Positions 13,691-25,218 of a stretch of 64,000 bases of DNA are shown one piece after another. Origin of the DNA: Setoptus koraiensis. Its lineage: Eukaryota > Animalia > Arthropoda. A program made the position numbers and the translations under genes. Each line of letters starts with the position of its first letter. The stretch's first letter is position 1. The stretch lies in NCBI GenBank assembly GCA_048013815.1, contig CM106585.1:2666001-2730000 (forward strand), read 5' to 3'. The notes under the pieces were generated by a model. The model saw only the letters and a program-made list of their open reading frames with translations. It ran no database searches and had not been told where the DNA came from.

Positions 13691-15936
13691 GGGAATAATA
13701 GGAACGCTCATGCTGGTAGATGGCACTCGAGCGGCCATTAACTATTGGCATTTTTGCTGCGTCTGTGTCCGTTTAGTGGCGCTTGATCAATTGCATCAAT
13801 AGCGAGATTAACATTGTGTGCCGTTGTGTGTCGGCGCAAGGGCACGAGAGCACAAGTGCGCGTCCCTCGAATCGTTCGAGCCGAATGTGCGCCCGCTCTC
13901 AGTGATCGCTCAATATCTCGGCCCGAGATCTGGCCCGCTGGTGATGCGATCCGCGGCGCGGCGCGCCGCTGCTTTCCGTCGTGCACTCGGCGCAATTTAA
14001 ATAGCCACTTGCCCGGCTCCGGCCGGCCTTATCTTGTGGCGTGCACCGGCCGCTCGCCCTGGCCGCGGCCGGAGCGGGCACAGTGGAGCGCTCGCCTGTT
14101 TTATTGCCCCGGTTGGTGCGGCGGCGGCCGCGAGGACGGGCGAGCTGCCTGCAGGCTGCCATTATCGCAACAGCCAAGATGGAGGACGCGCGTTCGGCAG
14201 CGAGCGGAGGCGGATACTGCAACAGTCTGTGGTCGTGGCTGTTCGCCACCGATGCCGCTTCATGCTTCATCTCGTGGCAAACAGGATGATGGCGCAACAA
14301 GAGATAATAATAACAATAATAATGATGCCCGTCGCCGTAACAGCAGCGCCGTGCTCGTCGCCGCCGGCCACTGGCCGGCCGACTCGGCCGAAGCCAGCAG
14401 AAGCCGGCCAAAGACGGCAGAAGCGGCCGAAGCCGAGGCCAGTGGAAGCCAGATGAAGCGTGTAGGAAGCCGCGCGTCATTATCGCCGCTACCGACCGGC
14501 CCACTGACCGAGCGAGCCAGCGCCGGCAACTAGGCCGTCACGACTTTTACTTGTTGCTGCTGCTGCCGTTGCCCGGCGCTGGTTGGCGCAACAGCGACAC
14601 TGCAGCAGCGACACTGCGACCGCGCTCGCCCGCCGGCACCAAGGAAGCCCCCGAACTCCGGAGCTCGTTGGCTTGTTGGCTTGCTGGTTTGCGTGCGTGC
14701 CCGCCTGCCGGTGCGCCGAAACGCGCAATGCGCGCCGGCACACTGACCCTATGGTCAACGGTTGGCACTCCGGCCACCGCATAATCACTGCCTGTGCCAT
14801 ACACACAAGCGCCGGCCGCTCATCGCCGCCGTGTGTGTGTATTTTTATTTTGCACTGGCCGGGCACTGCCGCGGTGCAAAGTAGTGCCAGCGGTGCCAGC
14901 GGTGCTAGTATAAACAGGAGATGAGCTCTCGTCTCGTGACGCTCGTTCTTTCACGTGGGAACGAACATACCAGCGCACACATCGGTCCCTCTAGGCGCGA
15001 CGCACACACTGGTTCGCGAATGGTTCGCCAGTGGTTCGCCAGTGGTTCGCCGATGGTTCGCGGCGAACCATTCGCGGCGAATCGCGTCGACCTCTCAGAG
15101 GTCACCTTTCGGAGAAGAGCCCGACGAGGTGTACGCTTGCGAGCCCCCCTCGCCGCGCCGCCTCCCCTCTCGAGAACCGTCGGCAGGCCGGTGTGTTGTG
15201 TGTCGTTGGCTTCGGACGCTCCGAATCGGGGCGGCCAGCCCAGCGGATCGCCCAAGGAGAGGAGCACCGTGAGCATGCGCTCATCGCAACGCATCATCAT
15301 CGCCGCGACTGGTGCGCTCACACGCTGCACCAGGCACCAAACTACGTGTGTGTGTGTGTGTATCGCTAGAATAAACTCAAGTTGAGCATAATGTGCAACA
15401 GTTATACGCACATTCAATGGTGACCATTGTGCGGTGGTGCTGTTGCTGCTGCACCATTGTGTGTCCGTGCATTGCACCAGTTGAACGTCCACCAGTGCAC
15501 CAATGCGCAAAGGAACCTTCTCTGCAAACAACTCGCTGCATCAGATTGCATGCTACGAACAATGGCCAGTGGCCAGTGGGCAGCAGCATTGTGATGCACG
15601 CGCTTCAACAGAAAAGAAGCAGATAAATACAACAGTGCGACAGAGAGAGAGAGAGAGAAAGAGAAAATCTTACTTCTGACAATTGCCACTTTTGTCCGCC
15701 GGACAAACTGCTGCATGCCATCACTATCGCTCGCACTGACACAACAGCAACAACAGCAACAACAACCACAACAACACTAGTACCGTAATACATTTGCATA
15801 ATTACTCATTCGCCTCTTCTCGTTTCTCACCTTGCACACAATCATCACCAATCCGACACTTGCATTTGGCCCTGACGTCGCTGCAAACTTCACTTGCGAC
15901 ATCAAATCAAATGCAGGCAACAACAACACAACTATT

Positions 15937-17778
15937 ATGGAGTCTAATATCACATTGTGGCAGTTCCTGCTGGAATTACTAGTTAACACTGAACAATATA
16001 AACAAATTATCACATGGACTAACAACGACGGCGAATTCAAATTAATCAACGCCGAAGAGGTGGCCAAATTATGGGGCCTCAGGAAAAACAAGCACAATAT
16101 GAACTATGATAAATTAAGCAGAGCATTGAGATATTATTATGATAAGCACATTATTAAGAAGGTACAAGGACAAAAATTTGTCTACCGTTTTGTTACAAAT
16201 CATAATATTCCACCACAGCATCATACAAATAATCCTCAGCATCATATTCATTCGCCAACGCACACATTGGCCAACTCTCATCATCAGCCCAATAATAATC
16301 AATTTCAATTGACGTCATCGCCCTCTCATCATAAACCTAGCAACCCGTTTCAGTTGACATCGCCCCCACACAATCATAATAGCACCAACAATCCTTATCA
16401 CCATCCATTGACGTCGCCCTCTCATCATCATTTAACTAGTGGAAACCCATATCATCACCCATTGACATCGCCCTCCCATCTCAATCCTAACCATCCATAT
16501 CAATTGACATCACCCCTATATGAGAGACATTATAACGCTCTATTATTACGCAGCCAGCAACAACAACACCATCATCACTTCCCCACTGAACCGACCGATC
16601 TTTCTAGGAAGACAGGAAGTTGTAGTTCGGTCGCTAGTAGCACTTCGTCGGCTTCACCGACATCAACATCACCACCCAACTCTCCGACCACCACGACTAC
16701 CACAACTTCATTAGCCACTACGACTCAATCAGGTGGTTTGGATATTCACAACTCGATTTTATTGCGTAAGAGACATCGATTGGCGGCCCAACTTAGTTCC
16801 AACAACAGCAACAACAACAATAATAATATTAGTAACAACAACTCGAGCAACAACATCGAGCTGGACAACAACAATAACACAAAGCTGGACAACAACAATA
16901 ACACCAAGCTGGATAACAACAATAATAGCAAGTTGGACAATAATAATAACAGTATTCAATCATCTTTCAGTAGCAACAACAACAGTAGCACCAATAACAA
17001 CAACAATACTAGCACCAACAACAACAATAATACTAGCAACAACAACAATGTCAACAGTAACATAAAATTGGAGAACAACAGTGGCAACAACAACAACTGC
17101 AGCAATATTAATATCAAATCGTCGCCTTCCCCGGCCGAAAATACTAATGCTGACAATGTTGTTGAATATGCCTCATCTACATCACCGATGAATTTAGTTT
17201 CTAACAATTCTCCGCGGGCTACAGCTGCAGATCGTCTTATGCATCGTCTGAATTCATCCTCTACATCAAGCTCGAATTTACCTCCACCACTTACTACTCC
17301 ATTGAATGGCAGTGGACATCATTCATTTGCTTCTCCAATATCTAAGACACCAACTTCGTTGCAGACGCCCGTTATATCACTGAATAGTCCTTTTTTTCCA
17401 AAATCAGCCAGTGGCAATTCGCATCCATTAGCTTTCAGTGGTCAAGGACCACCAACACCATCTGCAGCCCATAGTATGTCATCTTACGCATTAGGATTTT
17501 GTAGCTCACCATTTAATACATCGAGTCCACATTTGTTGAACAATGTTGCTAATCACATTAGCATGAACAATAACAATAACAACCCTGGCGTTTTCTACGG
17601 AGCCTCTCCAGCGACTGGTTCGCCATATACATTCCAATTTCCATCTTCGCCATCGGCCGCCTCAGCAATGGCATCTTTAGGCCAATCCTCCTTGTTTAAT
17701 TCACCTTTGTTATCGCCTCTGTTATTTACTGACCCTCAATCATTGTATGCCAAATCAGTATCACTCCAGCAATGTTAA
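15937..17778 (+). CDS. Elk: ETS-domain transcription factor of the Elk/TCF (ELK1/3/4, LIN-1) subfamily; single coding exon, about 613 aa from [10 protein letters not shown]
   Basis: N-terminal ETS domain [15 protein letters not shown]...[54 protein letters not shown] closely matches ELK3 as I recall it ([12 protein letters not shown]...). C-terminal FQFP MAPK docking motif and many S/T-P sites. The ORF track starts at 15832; ATG 15937 aligns with the family N-terminus. Confidence 0.93.
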   Translation: MESNITLWQFLLELLVNTEQYKQIITWTNNDGEFKLINAEEVAKLWGLRKNKHNMNYDKLSRALRYYYDKHIIKKVQGQKFVYRFVTNHNIPPQHHTNNPQHHIHSPTHTLANSHHQPNNNQFQLTSSPSHHKPSNPFQLTSPPHNHNSTNNPYHHPLTSPSHHHLTSGNPYHHPLTSPSHLNPNHPYQLTSPLYERHYNALLLRSQQQQHHHHFPTEPTDLSRKTGSCSSVASSTSSASPTSTSPPNSPTTTTTTTSLATTTQSGGLDIHNSILLRKRHRLAAQLSSNNSNNNNNNISNNNSSNNIELDNNNNTKLDNNNNTKLDNNNNSKLDNNNNSIQSSFSSNNNSSTNNNNNTSTNNNNNTSNNNNVNSNIKLENNSGNNNNCSNINIKSSPSPAENTNADNVVEYASSTSPMNLVSNNSPRATAADRLMHRLNSSSTSSSNLPPPLTTPLNGSGHHSFASPISKTPTSLQTPVISLNSPFFPKSASGNSHPLAFSGQGPPTPSAAHSMSSYALGFCSSPFNTSSPHLLNNVANHISMNNNNNNPGVFYGASPATGSPYTFQFPSSPSAASAMASLGQSSLFNSPLLSPLLFTDPQSLYAKSVSLQQC

Positions 17779-17895
17779 TTCTAATATTTGACACTTGATT
17801 CTTTTATTATTATTATTATTATTACTATTATTATTACTATTATTATTATTACATGTGAAGATTAATTTATAATTAAGATCGCATAAGCGTCATCA

Positions 17896-17922
17896 AAGAA
17901 TAAATGTTTATGCACAATAAAC
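17896..17922 (+). terminator. Candidate polyadenylation signals for Elk
   Basis: Two AATAAA hexamers 120-145 nt after the stop, downstream of a (TTA)n tract at about 17803-17850. Confidence 0.4.
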
Positions 17923-18568
17923 TACTCCTTTGTTATATGATTGTTTCAACAGGTAGCCGATATTTTTTCATGGCATGATAGCAGTAATATTACAGGAGTA
18001 CTAACTTTGACTTGTCGTTTTCACTATACATTCATCTCGAGCACAGTCTTACTTTCATCAGATGTCAGGAACAACCAGACTTCTGCTTCGATGATACAAC
18101 AGCCGATATATTTTTCCGATTTGTGTGAGGCAAAAGGAAAACGAATTCGTTGAAAAATTCAATATGTGTAAAGTACACTACGAGGTTCATATACTTTGTC
18201 ACATGCAAATACACCAAAACAGCTTGGACATAGCTGGTTATATTCGACCAGCAACGTGAAAAAATGGTCGGTTAGTTAAATAGTTCTTGCGAGGAAAATC
18301 TAGCTTTACATAAACTAGTAACTTCTATCGCAACTTCTGCAAAGAAAATTTTGCTGCTGCAAGAATTATCAACAATTTCTAATGAAAGAAAATTTATTGT
18401 CTGTTTACATGAGGTACATTTTTTGAAAATTGAAAATCACAGAACGTTCGGGGCCACCATCGAACCATTATGAAGTATAGTATCGTGACACAATAGTTGC
18501 TAAATTAATTGTTATGAGATCAGCGGTAACGGTATAAAGTCGTTGGGAGCCTCAAGAAAAAAACTTCC

Positions 18569-21500
18569 TCACTCGAACCCAATTCTTTGTTGTCGCTCTT
18601 TACGCTTCATGCTTCGCCTTATGCCATCGGCTCTTCTATAGGGTTCGATCTTTAATCCAGTGATAAGTATCTAGAGGGAGACAGAATGAATAAACGTTAG
18701 ATTTCTGTAGAGTAATTAATTTTTGATAGGAATCTCGAATGAAAAATTATGTTACTTACATCAAGAGTTCCATGGGAGACTTCCTCTTGTTTAATCAGAC
18801 GTTTTGTTTTCATTGGCGAAATATCACTGTTAGCATTGATGTCGGTCCCCAAAGTGTTATCATTAAGCTGATCTTTTTGGTTCAGCAGTTTTTTCCTATT
18901 GGCTGCTCTCAATGCTTGCTGTTGCTGGATCGTTTGACGCAATTCTTCATCGAATTTGCGTCTTTGGGCCATTTTATTGTCAATTTGACATTGACGGAAA
19001 TTCTTCAACAATCGAAGGAACGTACTAAATAGAGTTGATGATTCAATCATTCGAGAATTTTCGCCAAAATATTGAGCACATTCGCTGAATTCGTTTTGAG
19101 CTTTCTTGATTAGCCCTCTAAACTCTAATATATCACGAGATCTCTCCTTGATAAATGCCTGAAGACGAATTGCTGCCTCATCTATGGCAACTGAATTGTT
19201 TCCGCTAGAGACAGGAGTTATAACTTTATCTACAGAGTAACCGCGAAGCTGAAGTTCTTTGATGCATAAATCCATTCCTTTTTCATACTCGTGAACCTCA
19301 CTGGAAATTGTCTCCAACGAAACACCAGCAGCACGCTCCATATAAATCAATAGGTCATCAAAATTATACGGCATACGATCATTATCTGTATCAAGCGTTC
19401 CTCCGATGCTGTGAATAGGTGATATGCGTTTAGGTAAGCCTTTTGATCTGGCACTCAATAAAGAATCGTTATGAGATTCGGATGTCAAGTTGGCCTTCTC
19501 TTTACTGTCTAGGTTATTCACGATAGTTTCGACAACATAGTGAAGTAAACTTTTCGATCTATCCTGAGTGGATTTCGCATCCATCACCATATCTAATGCT
19601 TGTAATTTGAAGCCATAAGCCGGAGCCGAAGCAAGACTCCTGGAAGAGCTATTAAGATAGTTTCCAAACACTAATAGATATTCCAATAGTATCCTAATCC
19701 CTTCACAAGATCTTAATGAGTTCGATGCGGTCTCTATGAGATTGATTTTGTTTTTGATAGAGACAAGAATGTCTTCATTAGGTTGAGAATTAGAACTCCC
19801 GTTGGCTACTTCTTGAGGAGGGTGAGTTGGAGCAAGATTCTTCATGAAGAACATTATCTTGAGTTTTTGCTCTAAGCGGTCGACTTTAGATAATTGATAT
19901 AAGAATTTGTCTTCATCGGTAAGTTCATTGATGGGCTTGCCCGAAATTTCATACTCTTTATAGGCTTGTATCTCTTGCTGATTAGGGACCATTCTCAATA
20001 AAATTTCAATATTATCTAAAGGTAGATTCTCTATGTCTAAACTATTCAAGTAATGAATAATAGTTTCAGTTTGAACTCCAATTTTCCTCAGGCTAATAGC
20101 CATATTACGTAACCTATTGTGTTCTAAAAATGTAGTTTTCTCAGGCTGCTTGAAACGTTTGGCTGTGCCTACTCCAGCAAGAGATGAATTGGATGAAGCT
20201 GTTGATTGACCAGAGGGATTGTTACAATCGCTTGACGCATGCTTACTAGTTTCACTCTTGTGTCCCAACTTAAATTGTTCCTCGAACTCAGAAAAGTTGA
20301 TTGACTTGACTATTTTATCCTCGTCATGGAAGTCATTAAAGACTGTTCCTCGCACCTAATGAAAGTGGATGATGTTAATAATATTTTGAGTAAAACAAGA
20401 AGAACAAAGTTAATATCAATAGTTTTGCGCCATGATTGCCATTATGCTGTCTAGAGATACCATTATTTGTTGAAACAATCATGTTTTAAAGGAACGAAGT
20501 TTGCCATGCATAATCATGATCAATCAAACAATAGGGTCTGTTCAGGAGATAGTAAGCAAAAAAATACGATTACAATATGAGCCAATGCATCACTAAAGAT
20601 GGAGAATCTTGGCGAAAGCAACACCTTAGATGAAATTTAACAGGTGCAAAAAAAAAGAGCCACATTGAGCCTAAATCTCTGCATCAGGATTGATTATTCT
20701 TGCCTCAGGTTATACTCATAGGCTGACTTTTCTTCGTGAAAGTGGCCGCACATAACATCACAAATATCTTAGAAAGATATAATCATGAGGAGGTGCCGCC
20801 AGAGCGAAACTAGACATAATCGTGATCAAAGGATTCAAATGCAATTAGAAGGATTAAGACACCAAATCAAAGATCAAGTAAAATGGCATTCAACAATCAT
20901 CTTCTACACTCATTTTTCAACTGCCATCAAAATATAAGAGGGCGTTATAAGATAAGATGCAAATAAACTGTAACCTAACAGGATAAATGCACCGATGTTC
21001 GCCACGACACCATGTTCACTCTTCCTTCGAATCAACTATTGTGTCTCTTTTGAATAATGTGTTAATTTATATGTTGGCGAATTGACCAGTGATAACTCTT
21101 TGAAACAACTTTTTCTTTCTCAGGGTCAATTGACTCGTAAGTGTATAGATTATTTACTCACTTGATTTGGCTTAAGTGTTATCCAGTTGAAGGTAGGTAA
21201 TTTATATTTGGTATTAAAAGTTTTCTTAAGAGTCATCATATCACAGTTATTGTTCCCCACAGATATTGAATTATGAGAAATCTCATTATTTATAGTTGGA
21301 AATGTTGGCATCATAGGGGGTTGTGGTGGTTGCTTGATAGAGGAAGTTGTTGATTTCATCACGGATGATTTTTTATCTAGTGTCATCGTAGGATTAGAGG
21401 AAGGAAACGGAGGAGGAGGCGGCGGCGGTGGAGGTGGAGGTGGTGGGAGCTGAAGTCCGGCTTTTTTGTGATCTGTGCGAAGAGAAGTCATAATTCAAAG

Positions 21501-23854
21501 AATGGTAAGGTCATATTAAATAACTTGAACTCTGATAACAAGTGTCGTCTTGAATTCACTCAATGTTTTGAACTTATTCTTATATAACTAATATTCTTAC
21601 CTTGGCTATTCGCAACTGCGATACTCAAACCCGGCATCGGAGGAGGGGGCGGCGGCGGCGGCGGTGGTGGTGGTGGTGGTGGAGGCGCTTGCTTGGTGTT
21701 CGGTGTGCTTGAATCTTTCTTGCAACCTTCATCAAGCTTGAGGTTTAGTTTGTGTCGTGTCTGAACTTGATTGTTATCACAAGGTAAGTTAGCTTTACAA
21801 TTCTGCCTCTCCAGTAAGGAGATTTTAGATTCCAATAGACATTGTTTATCCTTAGCCTCTATCTGACATTTGTCCATCAACCTTTTCATTGAAATAAGCT
21901 CACTTTCTAACGTCTGATTTTTGTTGATCATTTCGTCTCTTTGCTTCGAGACCTCAACCAATTTAGCCTGGATTTTCTCTTTGGCGACAGAAAGTAACGC
22001 CCTGTCTTCATGAAGTTCTTTATGAAGTTGCTCCAAAGTATTGTATTTTTGTTCGCCTTCCTCCACAAGGGTGTACACGTCCAATATGTTGTCAAGATAA
22101 GCATTTATTTGCTTTTGTAAAACTTCAGATTCATTATGCCTCAGCTTGTTTTCAAGATATTCATCTAAACCCAGTTGAGTGAATTCATATTGCAAATGAA
22201 TCCTGAAGTTCCAGTCCCGAACAGAATGAACAATTAGATTTATGAATTGCAGACATGATACCATGAAATCAATATTGAACTTCTCATGATCCTTAAAATA
22301 ATGCATTAAGGTTTCAAACCTTCTCTTTTCCTGACATACTTGTTTGAAATTATCAAATGCAGAAATTATTATTTCATGCCCCCCTTTAACGAGGCAAATA
22401 GCGGCTAGTAACTCTAATACCAGGGACTTAGTTCTCGCTGATTGATGATTCAAACTTAGAACTAAACAGTTGATTGCTTGAGAGTGCTCCATCACTAAAT
22501 TGAAACCATACTTATTGTTCATTATAGCCCTCAGGCACATGATACAGACGTGCACATCATCTGAAACAATACCGAGGCGTAGTTTTTGGCTGTGGTGCTT
22601 TGGGAACATGCTGAGTGAAGAAGTTACTTGATGATTGGTGTCTGACATAGGACTTGATCGGCCATAGTAATGCCCATTCGATAATTGATGAGGCTTCTTG
22701 AGAAAGTTCGAGATAGATTTGGTTGACGTTGAACCATCATTGAGACTGGTTTGGTCATAATTATTATTCAGAACATTATGTTCAAAACCATTAATGAGAG
22801 TTGATGATTCCAATGCATTCTTAACAACACCGTCGAGTTTGCTTCCAGTATTGTTGCTTGCATGATTGTTGTCTTCAAAGTGATTGATTATATTGGAAGA
22901 AGGTTTACCTGCGTTCCATTCATTGATGTGGAAACTTGAGACCGAAAATGACTGTGACCTGGGCCGATAGCTCATTGTCTTATTTGATAATATCTCCTGT
23001 TGCTGCATGATGAGTCGAAAAGTTAGATAATCTACCAAGATATCCAAACCACGATTCGAATCAGATAAGAACTCTCGCACCCATTCTAGTGAGTTTGTTC
23101 TTAATGAAATCTCTAAATCACGCAAGACTTGTGTAGATGTCGCGTCTGCTATCATTCGTCGTCGTTTTGCAGATCTACTGGCCTTGGGATCCAAATAAGT
23201 TAGTAACTTTTCCAAGTAAAATTCCGGCGGTTGCTTCGCAGAAACTTTCTCTTGGTCTTTTACAATCTCCCACTTTCTAGAATTTTCGTAGCTCCATAAA
23301 ATTTTTGATTTCTCTGGTGGCAAATTCATGGTGGCTAGAACTATAGTTCAGAAAAGAAAGACAAAATGTTGAATTCTTGTATTCACGATCAACAGATATT
23401 CCAACGAGCAAACATTATACAACAGGAACTTACCTCTAGTGAATAGTTTTTCTAACTCTTCAGTCTCAGGAATATCATCACTGCTCATGATTCGATTTAT
23501 ACTCATGGGAGCTATAGATGGATCCAGCTTTTGTATCGACAGATGCTGGTCTTTCTGTTTCGTCGGAACACCCATTATATCAGTAGTGGTATTGAATTTG
23601 TAGTTGAAGTTGTTGGACTTGCCATTAGTGAACATACTCTTCAAACGTGCCGATCCTTTATTGCTACCGTTCTTGTTTGAATGCTGTATATCGAAAGTAT
23701 TTGTTGGTGCATAGTTTGCTTGTTTGATTGGCACAACAGTTATATCGAGATTTGCATCAGCAAAAGCCTTCCTTTCGATGGATTGCTGTTGAGAGATCTG
23801 CTTCTTTTTAGTGCCTGAATTTAGTATATCTTCATTCAGTTTGAGCTTAAACAT
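18569..23854 (-). CDS. FMNL: FMNL/Frl-type diaphanous-related formin (GBD/FH3-FH1-FH2-DAD). Exons (minus): 23854-23434, 23340-21601, 21472-21162, 20355-18760, 18670-18569; about 1389 aa if the start is 23854
   Basis: Exons join in frame at GT-AG sites. ELEKLFTR|VLATMNLPPEK...WEIVKDQE, DDVHVCIMCLRAIMNNKYGF, two poly-Pro tracts, FNWITLKPNQ|VRGTVF, GNYLN...AYGFKL, and terminal exon ILITGLKIEPYRRADGIRRSMKRK (FMNL DAD plus basic tail). The start codon is uncertain. Confidence 0.92.
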
Positions 23855-25150
23855 GATTGAACTATCCTATTCCGCTTTTGTATATTGACAGCGATATAAT
23901 ACTTAGATATTTATCATACTCATAATAATCAAATTTCTATTATATCTGATCAATGGTAGTTATTCCCTATATGTGGATTTTTTTACCGATGTCGATAAGA
24001 TGCTCTTGTTTCCGAAGTAGCTTCTATCTTCTGTGCATTCAGCTTACTCATCAAAAATATGTTATCTTTTTGTCCTTGGCACTTTTTTCTTGATGATTGA
24101 AAATAATATCGACTCATCTGCTGCAAGAGGAACAGAATGAGTTGAACTAAATATGACTTAAGTCCGGTGTTGACAGATTGAGAGAATTAGGTGCAAAGAT
24201 TTGTGGAAAATTCTCAATCTATCCATTATTATAAGATCAACAATTACTTTTGTTGAAGATCCTTTTTAGTTGTTATATGTTCGCTAAATCTGACGCGCAA
24301 CGCTTGAAGTTAAATGTGCTGAGACTGAAGGAATTCTAATCGAGGTTTTCATCTTGTGTTCAGGAGATGATACACGTTTGTGGACGTAATATGAGCATTC
24401 GTTCAAGATAAAAAATATACATCAATCATGCTGTTTACGTAACGCTCATGTATCAAGCTAATTATGAGATTGGATTAACTATCGCAATAGACAACTGTTG
24501 CTGAGTGAAGCTTATCAGCCACAATTAGACAAACTTGTGTGACGTATTTGATAATGCCGAGTTTTGATGCGATCTGTAGTGATGTACGACGATGGATAGA
24601 ATTAATAACTTTATATTGATAATCTTAATTGCTATAGTGTGCAGGCTTCAAGTACGATTCAAGTTTCAGAAGTTTATCCTTACTTCTCATTCTACTTGAA
24701 GGCGCAAGGGTGGATGGTGATTCGTATTATGGGTTATATCAAAGTGGTATTTGTCTAAGGCACATGAAGAAATCTGGTATTGTTTTAATTGACGCTAATA
24801 ATAAATGGTAAGGAAGCCAGATAGGTAACAAAAAAGGAGTGCTTTCACTTAATGCAACTTATCTAATCCTTTATAACTTTAGTTTAGTCTGAGATAGAGA
24901 CATACAGAGCTTCTCTGAAGGATTGTTGAGGCAGCTGAGAATCCTGGTCAAATATCTAGCAAAGATTTAATTTCGCAGTGTCAGAGAATGAAGGTGTTGA
25001 AGGTCGCTGACTAACAATAGCAGAACTTGATGAGTTGTTTCGATTTTGATTACGACAGGTGTAGTAGTGACTTCGAATGGACTTTTGTTAATGGCAATAA
25101 GAAGTGAGATCTAATAATCACACATAAACTTGTTATTCATTGAGACTTAC

Positions 25151-25218
25151 AACTATAATTGTTGTTGTTGTTGATGATCAGCAGAGAGCAATAGCAACAG
25201 ATGTTTCAGCTCAACTGA
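25151..25218 (-). promoter_or_regulatory. Candidate initiator and non-coding first exon of the formin gene
   Basis: Minus-strand TCAGTT (arthropod Inr, plus 25213-25218) followed about 65 nt later by a consensus GTAAGT donor (plus ACTTAC 25145-25150). Confidence 0.3.

Noticed and set aside
1-15700. Dozens of 60-240 aa ORFs from the track (poly-T/Q/N/L/V/C, Arg/Ala-rich)
   Set aside because: They overlap on both strands and in several frames, derive from triplet repeats or high GC with few stops, and show no recognisable domain.
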